From Magallana gigas (taxonomy: Eukaryota), in assembly GCF_963853765.1 (NCBI RefSeq), contig NC_088858.1:9238001-9302000 (forward strand): a stretch of 64,000 nucleotides of DNA, in the 5' to 3' direction. The position numbers and the translations under genes are program-made. Shown in pieces: positions 51,491 through 64,000 of this stretch (the stretch's first letter is position 1; each line of letters starts with the position of its first letter). The notes below the pieces were generated by a model. That model was not told the origin of the DNA. It made no database searches and saw only the letters and a program-made list of their open reading frames with translations.

Positions 51491-52769
51491 CTATGCTTGT
51501 TGAGATCGTATGAAGCGTCTGAGAATTTTTCCGCTGGGAGACTTTGGTATGTGGTCAGTGAACACCACCCCTCCTCTCAGTCTTCTGTATGGGGCCACTT
51601 GTTCTGTGGACAGAAACATTACTCTTATGGTTACACAAATGTAAATAGATCATGTGAAACAAATAAATTTTAATTTGATAGCTGATAGAGAGACACAGTC
51701 AATATTATGGATATTTTGAAGCATCAGAATTTTAACTGGTTTAAGAAGGTATAGACCCTCAATTTTGTGATGTGCTCTCTTTTTAAATAAACAATGAAAA
51801 AACTCTATAGTTTTCATCATCAGCATTATTTATGGCTGACGTATTGACTAAGTTGATAATGATAAAAAGATATAAAAAAATTATATATTGAAAATGAAGA
51901 ACTACACAACTTTCACCCATATACTGTAGAAACATATATTTTCGTTGGGTCAAAATTTCGTCGTTTTTAAACCAAACAAGATTTCGTTGGCAATTAATTT
52001 CGTCATATCGTAAACTTTTTGTATTCATTAATACCAGGGTTAAAAATTCGTCATGGATTTAATTTCGTTGATTTATATTGCCAACGAAAATAACGAAATT
52101 AAATCCTCAACGAATATTTCTGCTTCTACAGTATGTCAAAATGCCCCATACCTCCTAATAAATCCCTCCTATACACAACTCTTACCATTGACAAAGTTGA
52201 CTAGAGTTTCCTCTGACATTGGAGAGGATGGGATGACAAATGCCTTGGGGATTTCCCCATTGACCCCAACTGGTTCCCCAACCACAGCCGCCTCCCTGAC
52301 GCCTGGGTGGGACATCAAGATGCTCTCCAAGTAGGCTGGGGCAATCTGAGCAAAATGTACAATGCAGATTGTAAATGTTTCTTGACTTTAATTAATGCCC
52401 TAATGATACCCAGGGTCAGACAATATTTTACAGACATTCCACCGTTATGCAAATGAACAAGAACGCACATTTTATGATGTTCCAAGAAGGGAGTGGAGAC
52501 ATATTGCTTTTCATGTCTTTTCATCTGTTGGCGACATTTTGAACATATTTTTTGAACTATGTAAGATAGCCCAAGAACTTGATGATGGTCAAATAAAAGA
52601 GGAAAGGTTAATTAGTTTGACTGTGTTAAGGTTTTGGAAATGTTATAATGTATACAAGTACCTGGTATCCTTTGTATTTGATGATGTCTTTAATTCTGTC
52701 AACAACAAAGTAACTTCCCTCTGTATTATAGTAGCCGACATCACCTACAAAGTAGTTCCATGTATATTG

Positions 52770-52826
<57 letters not shown>

Positions 52827-55800
52827 TGGTAGTAATAGTAGTATAAGCACTGCCTGCTTACCAGTTTTAAACCAACCGTCCTTTGTGATAACATCTGCAG
52901 TAGATTCAGGTTGACCTATGTAACCTTTCATGACCTGAGGTCCTTTGACCCAGATTTCGCCTTCTTTCCCAGGTGTACTAATATCATTACCAGAGGTTGG
53001 ATCTACAAGCTTTTGTGAAAAAATATGATAAAACAATAACTTAAAAATGATAAGTATGAAATGAAGTAATTATTTGATTCAACGAGGACTAATGAAGTAG
53101 AACCATTTTAACAAGAGCATTGACTTTGGTTAGTTGTGTCAAACAGCAAAGTGACGTAGGCCTGTCTATTTCATTGCTGGCCACTCAGTCATGGCTCTTT
53201 GAAATCAACAAGATTCTTCTGGCTTTTAAGGTATCCCACTCCTCAATGTTGTTGTATCAAGATTTTCTTGAGAAGTATATCATTGAAATCTGTAGACAAA
53301 ACAAACTTAAAAAATACAAAGATAATGGGGGATCAGTATCCATCCCTCTGAGTTATGGCCCATTTAATTTGACCTTTTTGCACCTTAAATGCAATTTCAT
53401 CCTGATTAAGATTTGTTGTCAGTATTTTTGATTAAGCAAACTTATTTCTTCAAATATTGTTTTTAATTATGCACAATGGTCACACTGAATAGAGGGATTA
53501 CGAAAAAAATTTGTACAAAGCTGCATAAATTATTTTGTGACCTTTTTGCACTTAAAATAGACAATTTCTATAATAGTTACAATTTGATTTGAAATGAAAA
53601 CTTCTTGAATATTAAGAATTTTACAAGATTAATCCAGTTTGCCTAAATATGTATTCAGTATCATTTTGACATAATATAACATGGGGGTCAGTGATGTCAA
53701 ATTTTAGATATAGGGCTTCAAAGGTAAAATTCTCGCAAAATTTGGCTTAAAAAATTTCAGACATGTTCTATATATATGCATGATTTTATGCTAAACGGCT
53801 ATCACATTCTCAAGATTTGATTTTGTACATGTCACACAGAACCTATAAAATATGTTACAAACCTATCAAATGTTAAAAATGTGAATAACGAATAAAGTAT
53901 AATAAAAAGAAAAGTATATTGAAAATTCATAAAATTGCTTGTTTCTGTCATTTTCGTCTAAAAAAAACCTTCCGCACGAAAAAAATAGTTCCCCAAAAAA
54001 CTTGTTTGTTTCTTGAATTCAAATGGATTTTCTTTATGAATGTTGTGTAATTGTGAAATAATAATCTATCTGTGATGATTAAATAAATAAAATCATATTC
54101 ATTTTAAATATAATGATCATCTGCGCAATGAAATCAAAACATGAGGAGTGAGATACCTTAAACTAATTCAACGCAATGAATGCATATTTCATTCAACACC
54201 ACTTGTTTTGATGCAAGAAATAGATAGTTACATCCTACCGAAAGTAGAAGATCTTGTTAAAATGATTCTAATAGCTATAACTCTGTCCCGAGTTTTTGCT
54301 TTTACCACTTTTTGCTTGACATTTCGATAATCATAAATAATTTAGTGCTCAAACTACGTCATCCACTAATATGAAAAATGTCCAGATTATCCGTTTTGAA
54401 ACGCCCCATCTACCGCTTCAGGTTTCAATACACATCTCAAAATAAACGGGGATTTTGCATTGCATCAGCCATTAATAAGCCCCGGATGATAACGTTGAAA
54501 AATTGCGCGAGGTATCCCGAGTACTTCCGAATGGAGAAACGATGTAAACATTTCCCATTTCCCATTATAAATCTCCGTAAGAAATTTGTTTTTGTTCCTG
54601 TGAACGTTTATGGGTGAAAAATGATAATTGTTCAATGAAGATATATTCCCTTTCATCGATTTCAACTGTATTTCTTTCACAGGTATGTGTATTTTTTATT
54701 AAAAATCATCAAAAAGTGATGGAAGCAATAACTTGGGACAGATTATAGTTTATACTAGTATGTGGATAAGCATGTCCGATACCTTGACCGTTGTAGCGGG
54801 GATGGGGTGTCCTATGGAGCCGTACTGCTTATTGTTTGGTGGATCGGTCATCACAACGGGACTTGTTTCTGACATTCCGTAACCTGTAAATTACCCAATG
54901 TCTAAGCATTTGGTCGTAGGGACAGTCAATTTCAATATTGCAATCGAACAAAAATCTGCCTAATTTTCTAGCCATTGAATTATGAAAACTACTTGACTAA
55001 AGGTCGAGAAAAGGCTAAATAATGTGAAAATATGAATGCCATTCATCAAGTTCAAGGTCAGATGGATCGAAATGCTAAATAAGCTACCGAACAAATCTTG
55101 TTACATTGCATTTCTGGCAGTATGTGAAACTTTGTACAACGTCGAAGCAATTTTAGTACCTTGCCTGATTCCATCCAATTTGAGTCTTTGAACCATTTTC
55201 ACAGTCAGCTCTCTACCTAGGGTCGCGGCACCACTGTAGGGGTCACGAAGACTCGACAAGTCAAACTTATCTACCATCGGGTCATTAGCTAGGAAATTGA
55301 CAACAGGAGGAGCAAGGAGGGAAAATGTCCCCTGTAAATTGAATGAAAGCCCCCAAAAAGATATTGCAAGATGTCTGATGTACATGTGAATACATTGTGG
55401 TATATATGTTAAGGTGCATACCCGGTACTTTTGAACAGCACGGAGAAATTGCTCTGGTACAAACTTGGGCAGTATAACAACAGTAGCACCCTGTGCCAGC
55501 GGATTAAGTAAACCGATCACCAGGCCAGCTATGTGTACCATGGGCAACATCGTGATAACTCGGTCATCTCCGGAATCGAGAGGGATAACTGCATGGTGTC
55601 TATTGTAGTGAAATATAGTACGAAGGAATTTGTAAATAGTTATGAAAAAGCGTTTATATAAAACAATTTTTAAAGTTTATTTATTCATCAGGTGACTAGT
55701 AAGTCACTCTATTAGAAAAGTTTACAGTTATAGGTTTTCTGTTGTCCTTTATAGCACCTATTAGGATGAATATATACATGAAAATGAAGTACTTGAAACC

Positions 55801-57007
55801 TGATTTGACTAAGTTGTGCCGTTAGATTGCTGTGGGTCAGTTCGACACCTTTTGGTAGCCCTGTTGTCCCACTGGAAAATGGCATCAATGCAACATCGTC
55901 ATCTCTGACGTCATTATGGAGAAAATGGGACTTATCGTCATGAATGGTATTGGACAGAAGGGAAGGCATTTTGCCAATTTCGAATACACCCTAAAACAAA
56001 ACCCTTTATTAGATTTCATTGAATTTTTTTTCCCCTTTTCTGTACATGTTCTGTTTAAATTATAGATTCATACGAAATGATACCTCGCCGTGGTTCGACG
56101 TTTTCACCGCTTCGCGACACTTGTTAAGTGTATCCTCCGTTGCAAATACAAATTTTGCTCTTGAAACGTTTAGTTGATCTGTCAGCTCTCCTGTAAGAAA
56201 ACATGTTTCTATGAAAACTTCCAGATCATTTTTTTCAATTTTGTAAAAGAAATTTAAACTTTGTAAGTAAATAAAAGTTTGCTTACGTGGTGTTAGCTGT
56301 CCATTTGCTATGGTAACCGCGGCGCCGATTCCAGTTGCCGCTAGAAATACGTGAGCAAATTGCGGTACGTTGGATCCGCAGATACACACAACATCTCCTT
56401 TATTTATCCCTAATTGTCGAAAGTATTCTGCGTATTTAACAACTTCATATTCTAACTCACCATAGGTTAGAGATTTTCCTGATACACCATCAATCTGTGA
56501 AAAATTACGATGCTCTTCGTATATTTTGAATCATGCAAAATCTGATGTGCAAAATAACACGGTTTTAAGGAAATTGGACACAACGAAACTCTCAGCTATT
56601 ATAAGATTCTCTCTTTTCACTTTCAAACACATTATAATATTTTCATTTACTAATTTTCACTCGCAATGTTGGTAAAATCCCACGGAACTGAAAAAGTTAT
56701 GTCTCCAACTATTAAGAAGTTTTAACGATCGATTGCCATTGGAGACATCAATATCCTTTATTATGTCTTCAAGTAAATTATAGCTTCGAGTGTAAATTCG
56801 GTACATAAATAATCATAATGTACTCACTAGCGCTACTTTGTTAGAGAATTTTCCAAAGTCTTTCATGATTAGATCCGCCACATTTGTACAAGGAACTGTT
56901 ATTGAAAACCGGGATGTGTGTCGCCATCTTCTGGAAGAGGCTGCTCGTTCAGTATTGAACACGCTTCCTTCGTAAAGACACCTTGTTATTCTTCTCAAAG
57001 ACTTCAT
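51491..57007 (-). CDS. 4-coumarate-CoA ligase-like / luciferase-like adenylate-forming enzyme (acyl-CoA synthetase family), ~546 aa, 11 coding exons
   Basis: Exons 57007-56828, 56494-56287, 56190-56084, 55990-55800, 55599-55422, 55331-55160, 54883-54783, 53009-52862, 52744-52662, 52345-52186, 51603-51491. ANL motifs [36 protein letters not shown] and [11 protein letters not shown]. An alternative in-frame ATG is at 57034. Confidence 0.93.
51922..52133. mobile_element. MITE with TACTGTAGAA...TTCTACAGTA termini in the last intron of the luciferase-like gene
   Basis: TIRs present; internal ttttcgt / acgaaa repeated motifs. Confidence 0.65.
52775..52823. repeat. (GA)n microsatellite, ~24 units, inside a 117-bp intron
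   Basis: Read directly from the sequence. Confidence 0.99.
54284..54740. mobile_element. ~450-bp MITE, copy B (intron 7 of the luciferase-like gene)
   Basis: Colinear with 10201-10651, same TIRs. Confidence 0.8.
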
Positions 57008-60000
57008 TTTATTGACATGGAATTGATAGAGCATAGAATTAAGAGATAAGAACAACAGTTTATCGCCACGGACTTTACTGAGTTATCATATTCTACGAGA
57101 TCTATAAGATAACATGACATCCTCGTTCCCTGTATATGCATACTAAATGTTTAGAAGACAATGCATATTTGTCAATGTTTTTTTAAACTCTATTTGAAAT
57201 CTTTTCGTGACGTTTAAACGTGAAATAAGTTTTCGCCTGAGACTCATTATGTTACAATTACATGTACTCGTATTTACCAACTAAAAGAAGAACAAATACT
57301 GAGATGTCGTTTGGTGACATTGTGTGTCACAAACTGTATTGAATATCTAAATAATAATATCTGACTAATCATGCACTCCCAACTGTACATCATACAAATT
57401 CATTTCAAAGACAATGTGATTCCCAAATGTTACATAAGGTATTTAGAATTAATTTATAAAATTACCCTTTATTTATCCTTGAAGTATGTAAAAGATGCAC
57501 ATTAGAAAGAATAAATTATATTACACCATTAACAGTATTGTTTCAATCGCAACTTTTCGGGCCTTTTCGGCAGGCTCGAAAAAATTCAGAGCCTGACGGA
57601 AAAGCCCGAGAAGCTCCTATTGAGTATTGTACTGTTTTTTGTAAAATCAAAAGGAGTGAAGGAATTTAGATGGTTTGTTTTACAACTTTTACTACATAGC
57701 CAATGAATACACAGTAAGGTGCTTACAACCAATAGTATTTGAGATATGCTGAAATCTAGGTTCATTTTGACATTTTACTTTTCTTCAAAAGAAAACCGAA
57801 TAGGTCCCCAAATGAAAGATTAAGCGATGTTATCACGTAAAAACCTTTTTATTTAGTAAAACAAAAGATCAAAGGAGCGAAAATGGCATCTCTCAACAAG
57901 TTAAACACACGGTTACTTATTATTTGTATAAATATAACTTTTTCCTTCTTATATACACTGGATAGTAAATACAAATTATTTGTTTAGGAATATGTGATAA
58001 ATGCTGGGTATTTAAAGCGGAAATCGTTTTTCTAAATGTATAATTCATCGCAAATTAACCTTTGAATAAAATACCAAAGCAACAGAAAGATCTCACACAT
58101 TGTAGCAGTTTCAAGAATATTTGAAGGTTTTCGAGCGCCATACATAATCAGGGGAAAATACACAATATACCGTGTTCATCAAGACAGATTATGTTAGGAC
58201 AGAACATAAAGGTAAAGTTATGCCATTTTTGAAACATAATGCTCTGACGATATGATTACTTCAGCAGTAAGAGATTCTTATAAAAGTCATTGAAAACTAT
58301 TTCTATTCTGAAATATTTTTAAAATTTGCAGAAACCGTCTACGCAGCCACAATGTTCAGCCCTTTAAGAATAGCATGCCTCTTTTTTCATATTAACCATT
58401 AACACAAACGAGAAATAAGCGGATATTACACTTTCAAATCGCTTGTTTGAGTTTATGCCGTTTTAAAATTCATTTTTGCTTACTTAACGATATGCATTCT
58501 GCTTTCCGTCGCGTTTAAAGACCATAGAAGGCGATTTTTAGACTAATTCGATGAAAATTTTACAGCCTTGCTATTTTTAATACACGTGCATTACACAATA
58601 ACTATTATCTATTGAGTATCCAATATATTCACAAAGGGTCAGTCATATTCAACTCACCGATAACCTGAAAAGAAGTAAAAAAAAAAGTGTTTTCAGGTGT
58701 TTCTTGGTGTTTACTTGATTGAAAAATACATGTATGGTATCAATGAAATCCATTAAATTTTTAACATGCTAAAAACTGAGAGCATAAATACATATGTGTT
58801 GTGTGTAATACAATGTAGTTCCCCTCCTACATTTCTTGACCAACCTGTTTTCGTTGATTTCCGTTGGACCAGCGTTACTTCCGGACTTTCAAGTACCGGA
58901 TGTGAAAAGGAAAAAAAATAGCGGATGACGGTACACAACCGTTACTCTAACGTCAGAATCCATTTCGTCAATTTTTTTTATCGTCGGAAACCCACGACAA
59001 GTCTCGAATACGATTACTGATAGACGTTCAGTTCAGCGTGTACGAGATTGGCTGTCGATTTCCCACGATGCATATTATATTTGAATTCGTTGTTTGTAAG
59101 GAACGTTTCCAGTTCTTTTCAAACATTGATTGTAAAAACGTCATTTGAATTGTAGTCGATCATCATTAACTGACAACAAACGGTGTCGCTTATTTATTTA
59201 TTTTTTTTTTTTTTGGCAGTTTTTCATGCGTCCCCAGCGTCGTACTGTAAGGTATGACTCCGTGATTTCGGAATTTAGAACAATTTTAAAAAGGCCTTGG
59301 ACTTTTAGTAGGACGTAACGATCTATTTCTTGCGTCAAAACAAGTTAAAAATGCCGCTGGTTTCAAGCGAATATGTACACCAATTGGTAGTCATAGCTCA
59401 AAAGACAGACAAATCTTGTTGATTTCAAAGAGCCATGGCTGAGGGGCTAGCGATGAAGTCGACATGCCTACGTCACATTGCTGTTTAACACAACTACCCA
59501 AAGTCCAAGCTTTTGTTAAGGTTTAGATCTATTCAATACATAAAAGTTACCGACACAGTTTTCTCATTGAAAAGACATGGTACATGCATATGTAGATTTC
59601 TACGAATATCATTGCGGATTAAATCTGCACTTATTTGACATGAAATTTAACGCACGTGAGTCTGTAAACAAAATATGTTTTGTACCCACATGTGTATTAA
59701 TAAAGTGCACTTAATACATGTATTTCATTTTAGAAGTATTTTAAAGTTTGAAATTTTACACTTTCATGTTCTCGTGTATATAGCTTTAGGTGAAAATTGA
59801 ATTTCAATAATTTCAATGACACAGAAAGAAGTTCGCGCTGAGCTGTGCCTATTTGTATTGGTAACTGGGTGCTATTGCTTGTTTTTCTATATTCTGGATC
59901 TGACAATGAGTGAGCAAATACTGTAAGACCGTAATATGACTTGGGTCTCTCATAGACAGCCACCTCGTCGTATTTAAAGTTTATATTACACACAATGAAG

Positions 60001-61580
60001 TCAATTTGAAACATGAATATTGACACCTCTTGAGTTCAAAGCAAAGACATGATTTTTATTTAAATGTGGAGAGAGGACAAGATACCGTCAATAATGGAGT
60101 TTTTTTATCGAGGCTTTTTAAAATGATGAAGAAAAAACGCTAGCAACATAAGGAACAAACGTTTTGGAACATTTACATTCTAATTGAATTTGATTGCGTG
60201 TATTTTGCTCCTAATGGGAACTCAAATTAGAAATACATAGTTTATGGGCTTTAAGCCCAGGTCGTCCATCTTCATCGATGCATCTCGAATATCGCCCTCT
60301 AAAACTGGAATCAACTTATTGATTTTATTTAAAATTCAAATCTCTGTCACGCAGGTTACATGAAGCAAATCTTAGTTGCCTTGAAAAAGAAATACACTTC
60401 AATGTGAAAAAAAAGCGAAAAGAATAATTATCGTTACAAATTGGAGGTGGCTTTGACAAAAATAGCCAAGGGAATGTAGCAGTGAAAAGAAGAACGTGTC
60501 GGTCAGAACAATAAATAAGTTTCAGATTATCATTGTGTGTAAGAAAGGAGGCAAAACAGCGGGGGTATTTAAAGAGACAATGATTTAATACACAGGTTCT
60601 GAATTATAGACCTCCACAAAAACTTTTACATTTAAACCTTTTGCAGTAAAAGCAAGAATGGATTACTAGTATATATAGGGACGTTTGCGAAGAAAACAAT
60701 TACGACATTTCATCATGATTGGGAGGATCATAAAACTATACATTCGTAAGTACAGCTACTTATATTATTTTATCATTATTGATTTATGTTTTTTCCCTAA
60801 ATTTCCATCATATTTTTCTTAAAATGGAGAATATGAATACGGCTTTACCTAATTGATTATTCAAAGAAAATCCCCAGTAATTTTTATTTAGAGTCCCATC
60901 CCGTTATCTGTGGTATTTTCCTACATGTACATACTGCGGAAATATTTTCCAAAAATTTTATAAAAAGTTTTATCAAAAATTGTCTTTCAGTGAAATTGTT
61001 TACAATCGATGAATGAAACAGTTAACTATATTGTAAATAGTCTTAATAATCTTAGATAATTCCTTACATGTAATCTTCCTTATATCAGCACAACTTTAAG
61101 CAGATTATTGATGAAAATTGTTCCGCGTAAGATTCGACTCAGTTTTCTCGGTACATTTTTATATGTTGATAACCGTTTTCCAAGTACCATGAGAGTTGGC
61201 GCAGATCGAAGCGAGGCAAGATTAAATCAACTGATTAGAAATCTATTTATGAACGTACATTAATTTATACTCGGTTTTACAAAAAAATACTCCGATTCTA
61301 TCTGGGTTTTTCTTTCGTTGTGGGTATCGTTAGATTGTATTTAATGGAGGACAGTTTTCTTCTCCTCAATTCGATGCTAATTTAATTATAAATGTAGAAT
61401 TATTGCATCTATGAAATTTACCCGTATCTAACGCAAAGAACTGAACCTCTGAAATGAACAGTATTGGAGACCGAGTTGAAATATTATTTATTCATGTACA
61501 TATAATAAGATATGATGAACACCAGTCTCTTAATGTGCAATGGGTTTAGTACTGTCATTTCTGTATCGATTTCTGTGTTA

Positions 61581-61743
61581 NNNNNNNNNNNNNNNNNNNN
61601 NNNNNNNNNNNNNNNNNNNNNNNNNNNNNNNNNNNNNNNNNNNNNNNNNNNNNNNNNNNNNNNNNNNNNNNNNNNNNNNNNNNNNNNNNNNNNNNNNNNN
61701 NNNNNNNNNNNNNNNNNNNNNNNNNNNNNNNNNNNNNNNNNNN
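61581..61743. other. Assembly gap (N run)
   Basis: Run of N characters. Confidence 1.
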
Positions 61744-64000
61744 ATATATGCATATATTAAATCACATGCATTTTAAAAATTAGTATCAATTTAAGGTATT
61801 TGAGATCCATGCCTATTTATTTGTTTCCTATTTATTTCTAATTACGCTCTTAATTATTTAAGTAGGCGTCAGTGGATTTTTTTTTCTTTGAATCAGTGTT
61901 GTGCCGATGATTGGTCAATTATCAATCATTATTAATAATGACGTAATATATTATCAAGGATACAATGGCATGACCACATAACTGTTAATCTTTGAAATGC
62001 TGTATACAAACCAATTCATTTGGTATTAACGGATTTTTGTTCGAGGTGTGATGAAACATGAACTAACAGACATCTTTTTGAAATCAGCTTTTCAAATCTT
62101 AGTAACCGAGTTTGTTATGAATTCTTACATACAATTACTGTGTTTTGACAAGAAAGCACTGTTTTATTCTTATAAATTCTTTCTTACAAATGATTTTGAA
62201 ATCCATTTTCCAGTAGCAAATTATTTTAAATTTAAAAAGTATATGCGTTTGAGAAGCTTTATAACAATAGGGGAAAATTACTTCTTCTGTTATTGAAAGT
62301 TGGAGAGAGTCTTTCAAAAACAATTATTGAATTTATTGAGTAGTATGACGCCATTCTTTGTAAGTATAAAAAAAAATAGGCAGATTATTGGTATTTTGTT
62401 TTAATTAGCATGGGTTGTTATTCTAACAACGCTGTCCAAGGAATGACCTACTTGTATTCGGTTTTTTTTTAAATTCACTGTCCAAAATTTTTATTCGATG
62501 AGTTATTTCACAATTTTATCATTATTTTGTATTATTATTTTAAAACATTTTAACAAGTCCAATGCAACACTGAAGCTTGTTTGCTTCCATAAAGCAATAA
62601 AGACAGTTAAGCTTAGTAAGTTGTTACAACATTGTCACCAATGAAAATGATGAAAAATATAGAAAGATTATTAACTAAATCACAGTGGCTGGAGACGGAC
62701 AGGCAGCTGACTAGAAAAACAAGATATATTTTAAAAAATAGGGATCTTAAATAAATTCATTGACCAATGAAATGTGATTGTAAACGTAAATCTTTGAATT
62801 TCCTTTAAAATAAATGCGTAGCAAAAGACTTTTTGTATATTTGTTACATTAAAAGTTTAAAATTTATCAATTTAAACTTAACTATAACAGTTTATAGTTA
62901 AGTTTTAATTGATAAATCTTAGTCTTTTAATGTAACATATAACTCGAAGCGAACAAAATAAATTAAACACAGAGGCATTGTTCATCAGCCAATAAAAAAA
63001 ATTAAAAATAATACACAAAAACACATCATTGTAATGCATTCTAAACAGAAACTACATTTCTATATATTGAATTATGAACTTCGAATGCAATAGTCGCATA
63101 AAAATATCTGTAAAATACACTATCTATAAATGAATTTCAATTAATCAAGAATAACTTTCAATGTTTTTAAATTTTAAGCTTTTATCGTAAGACAAGACAG
63201 TCTACTTTACGATCGCATCTTCGTAAAATCTACAAGGAATTAAAAATTTTTGGTCCGCTCTACCTGACATTTCACAGGCTACCGAATGGAACGGAAAAAT
63301 ATGTACTTGTTCCCTAAGGTCTTGTGAATAGAAGTTGTTTCTTCTTTTGATTCAAATCTACATGAACAACCTTTATTGTCTAAATATTGACCAACTTATC
63401 TCTCAATAAATGTCTGTGATGCAGTAACTACATAAACATCAATTCCTGACATAACAAGAGTCGAAATCTTTAACTTCAACAGGCCTGTAGAGTTATGACT
63501 AGCCATTTAAAAGGCTTGGGAAAATCCTCTAACTTTTTTATAACGAATAAAGCTCTATTCCAAACAAAACTCGGTCTAGTCACCGTATAGAAGATTTTAA
63601 ACTTTTTCCTTTCACGTCAGCTGTTCGCTGAACTTTAATGTAAAGATTTAAAAACAATATAATACAACCTCAAAGATGCTCCAAGGTTGCAGAATTATTT
63701 CATACGATTCCCATGAACTTTTACGCAAATACAGTTGTATTTGTTACAAAAATATGAATGGAATGAAGTAGGAAAAACAGTCAGAGAAAACGACGACATG
63801 TATTTGATTTTTTTCTCTATGGATACCAAACTGACTCTCACTGCTCTTGTGAATTAAGTCTTCATAATACGGGGAATTTAATAACCAAATTATAAATATT
63901 TTCTTCCAACAATCTAGCGATTTTTAAAATAAACGTTTTGAAGTCGTTGAACATATTTTTAACCCTTTAACATTCGGGACTTTAAAAAAGTCAAGATTCT

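Noticed and set aside
52665-52674. GTATCCTTT U12-type donor consensus
   Set aside because: It is on the strand antisense to a coding exon of the luciferase-like gene and outside DNAJC17; no U12 intron was found in any modelled gene.
51491-57007. Bona fide luciferase or bioluminescence system
   Set aside because: Only family-wide adenylation motifs are present; no luciferin-specific evidence and no accessory genes nearby.
61484-61776. ORFs spanning X runs
   Set aside because: Artefacts of the N gap.

Overview
AT-rich eukaryotic (metazoan) genomic DNA with GT-AG introns. The Helentron-type, MITE and tRNA-SINE repeats suggest a bivalve mollusc, probably an oyster (inference). I reconstructed eight protein-coding genes by hand from splice sites and frame continuity: (1) the 5' half of ELP1 (minus, 17 exons, runs off the left edge); (2) an intronless orphan class A GPCR (minus); (3) a single-exon FEM1-like ankyrin/BC-box protein (plus); (4) LRRC28 (plus, 9 exons); (5) an uncharacterised ~286-aa protein (minus); (6) an intronless, highly divergent secretin-family (class B1) GPCR (minus); (7) DNAJC17 (plus, 10 exons); (8) a 4-coumarate-CoA-ligase/luciferase-like adenylate-forming enzyme (minus, 11 exons) whose stop codon lies 118 bp from the DNAJC17 stop. 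Introns and intergenic DNA carry many non-autonomous transposons, and there is an N gap at 61581-61743. No gene could be supported in 57.1-64 kb. The most notable leads are the intronless class B receptor lacking canonical activation motifs and a signal peptide, a predicted antisense 3' overlap of DNAJC17 with the luciferase-like gene, a poly(A) signal in the loop of a perfect 39-bp hairpin, and TIR elements carrying internal tRNA-like Pol III promoters. All homology calls are from recalled sequence motifs; no database search was run.
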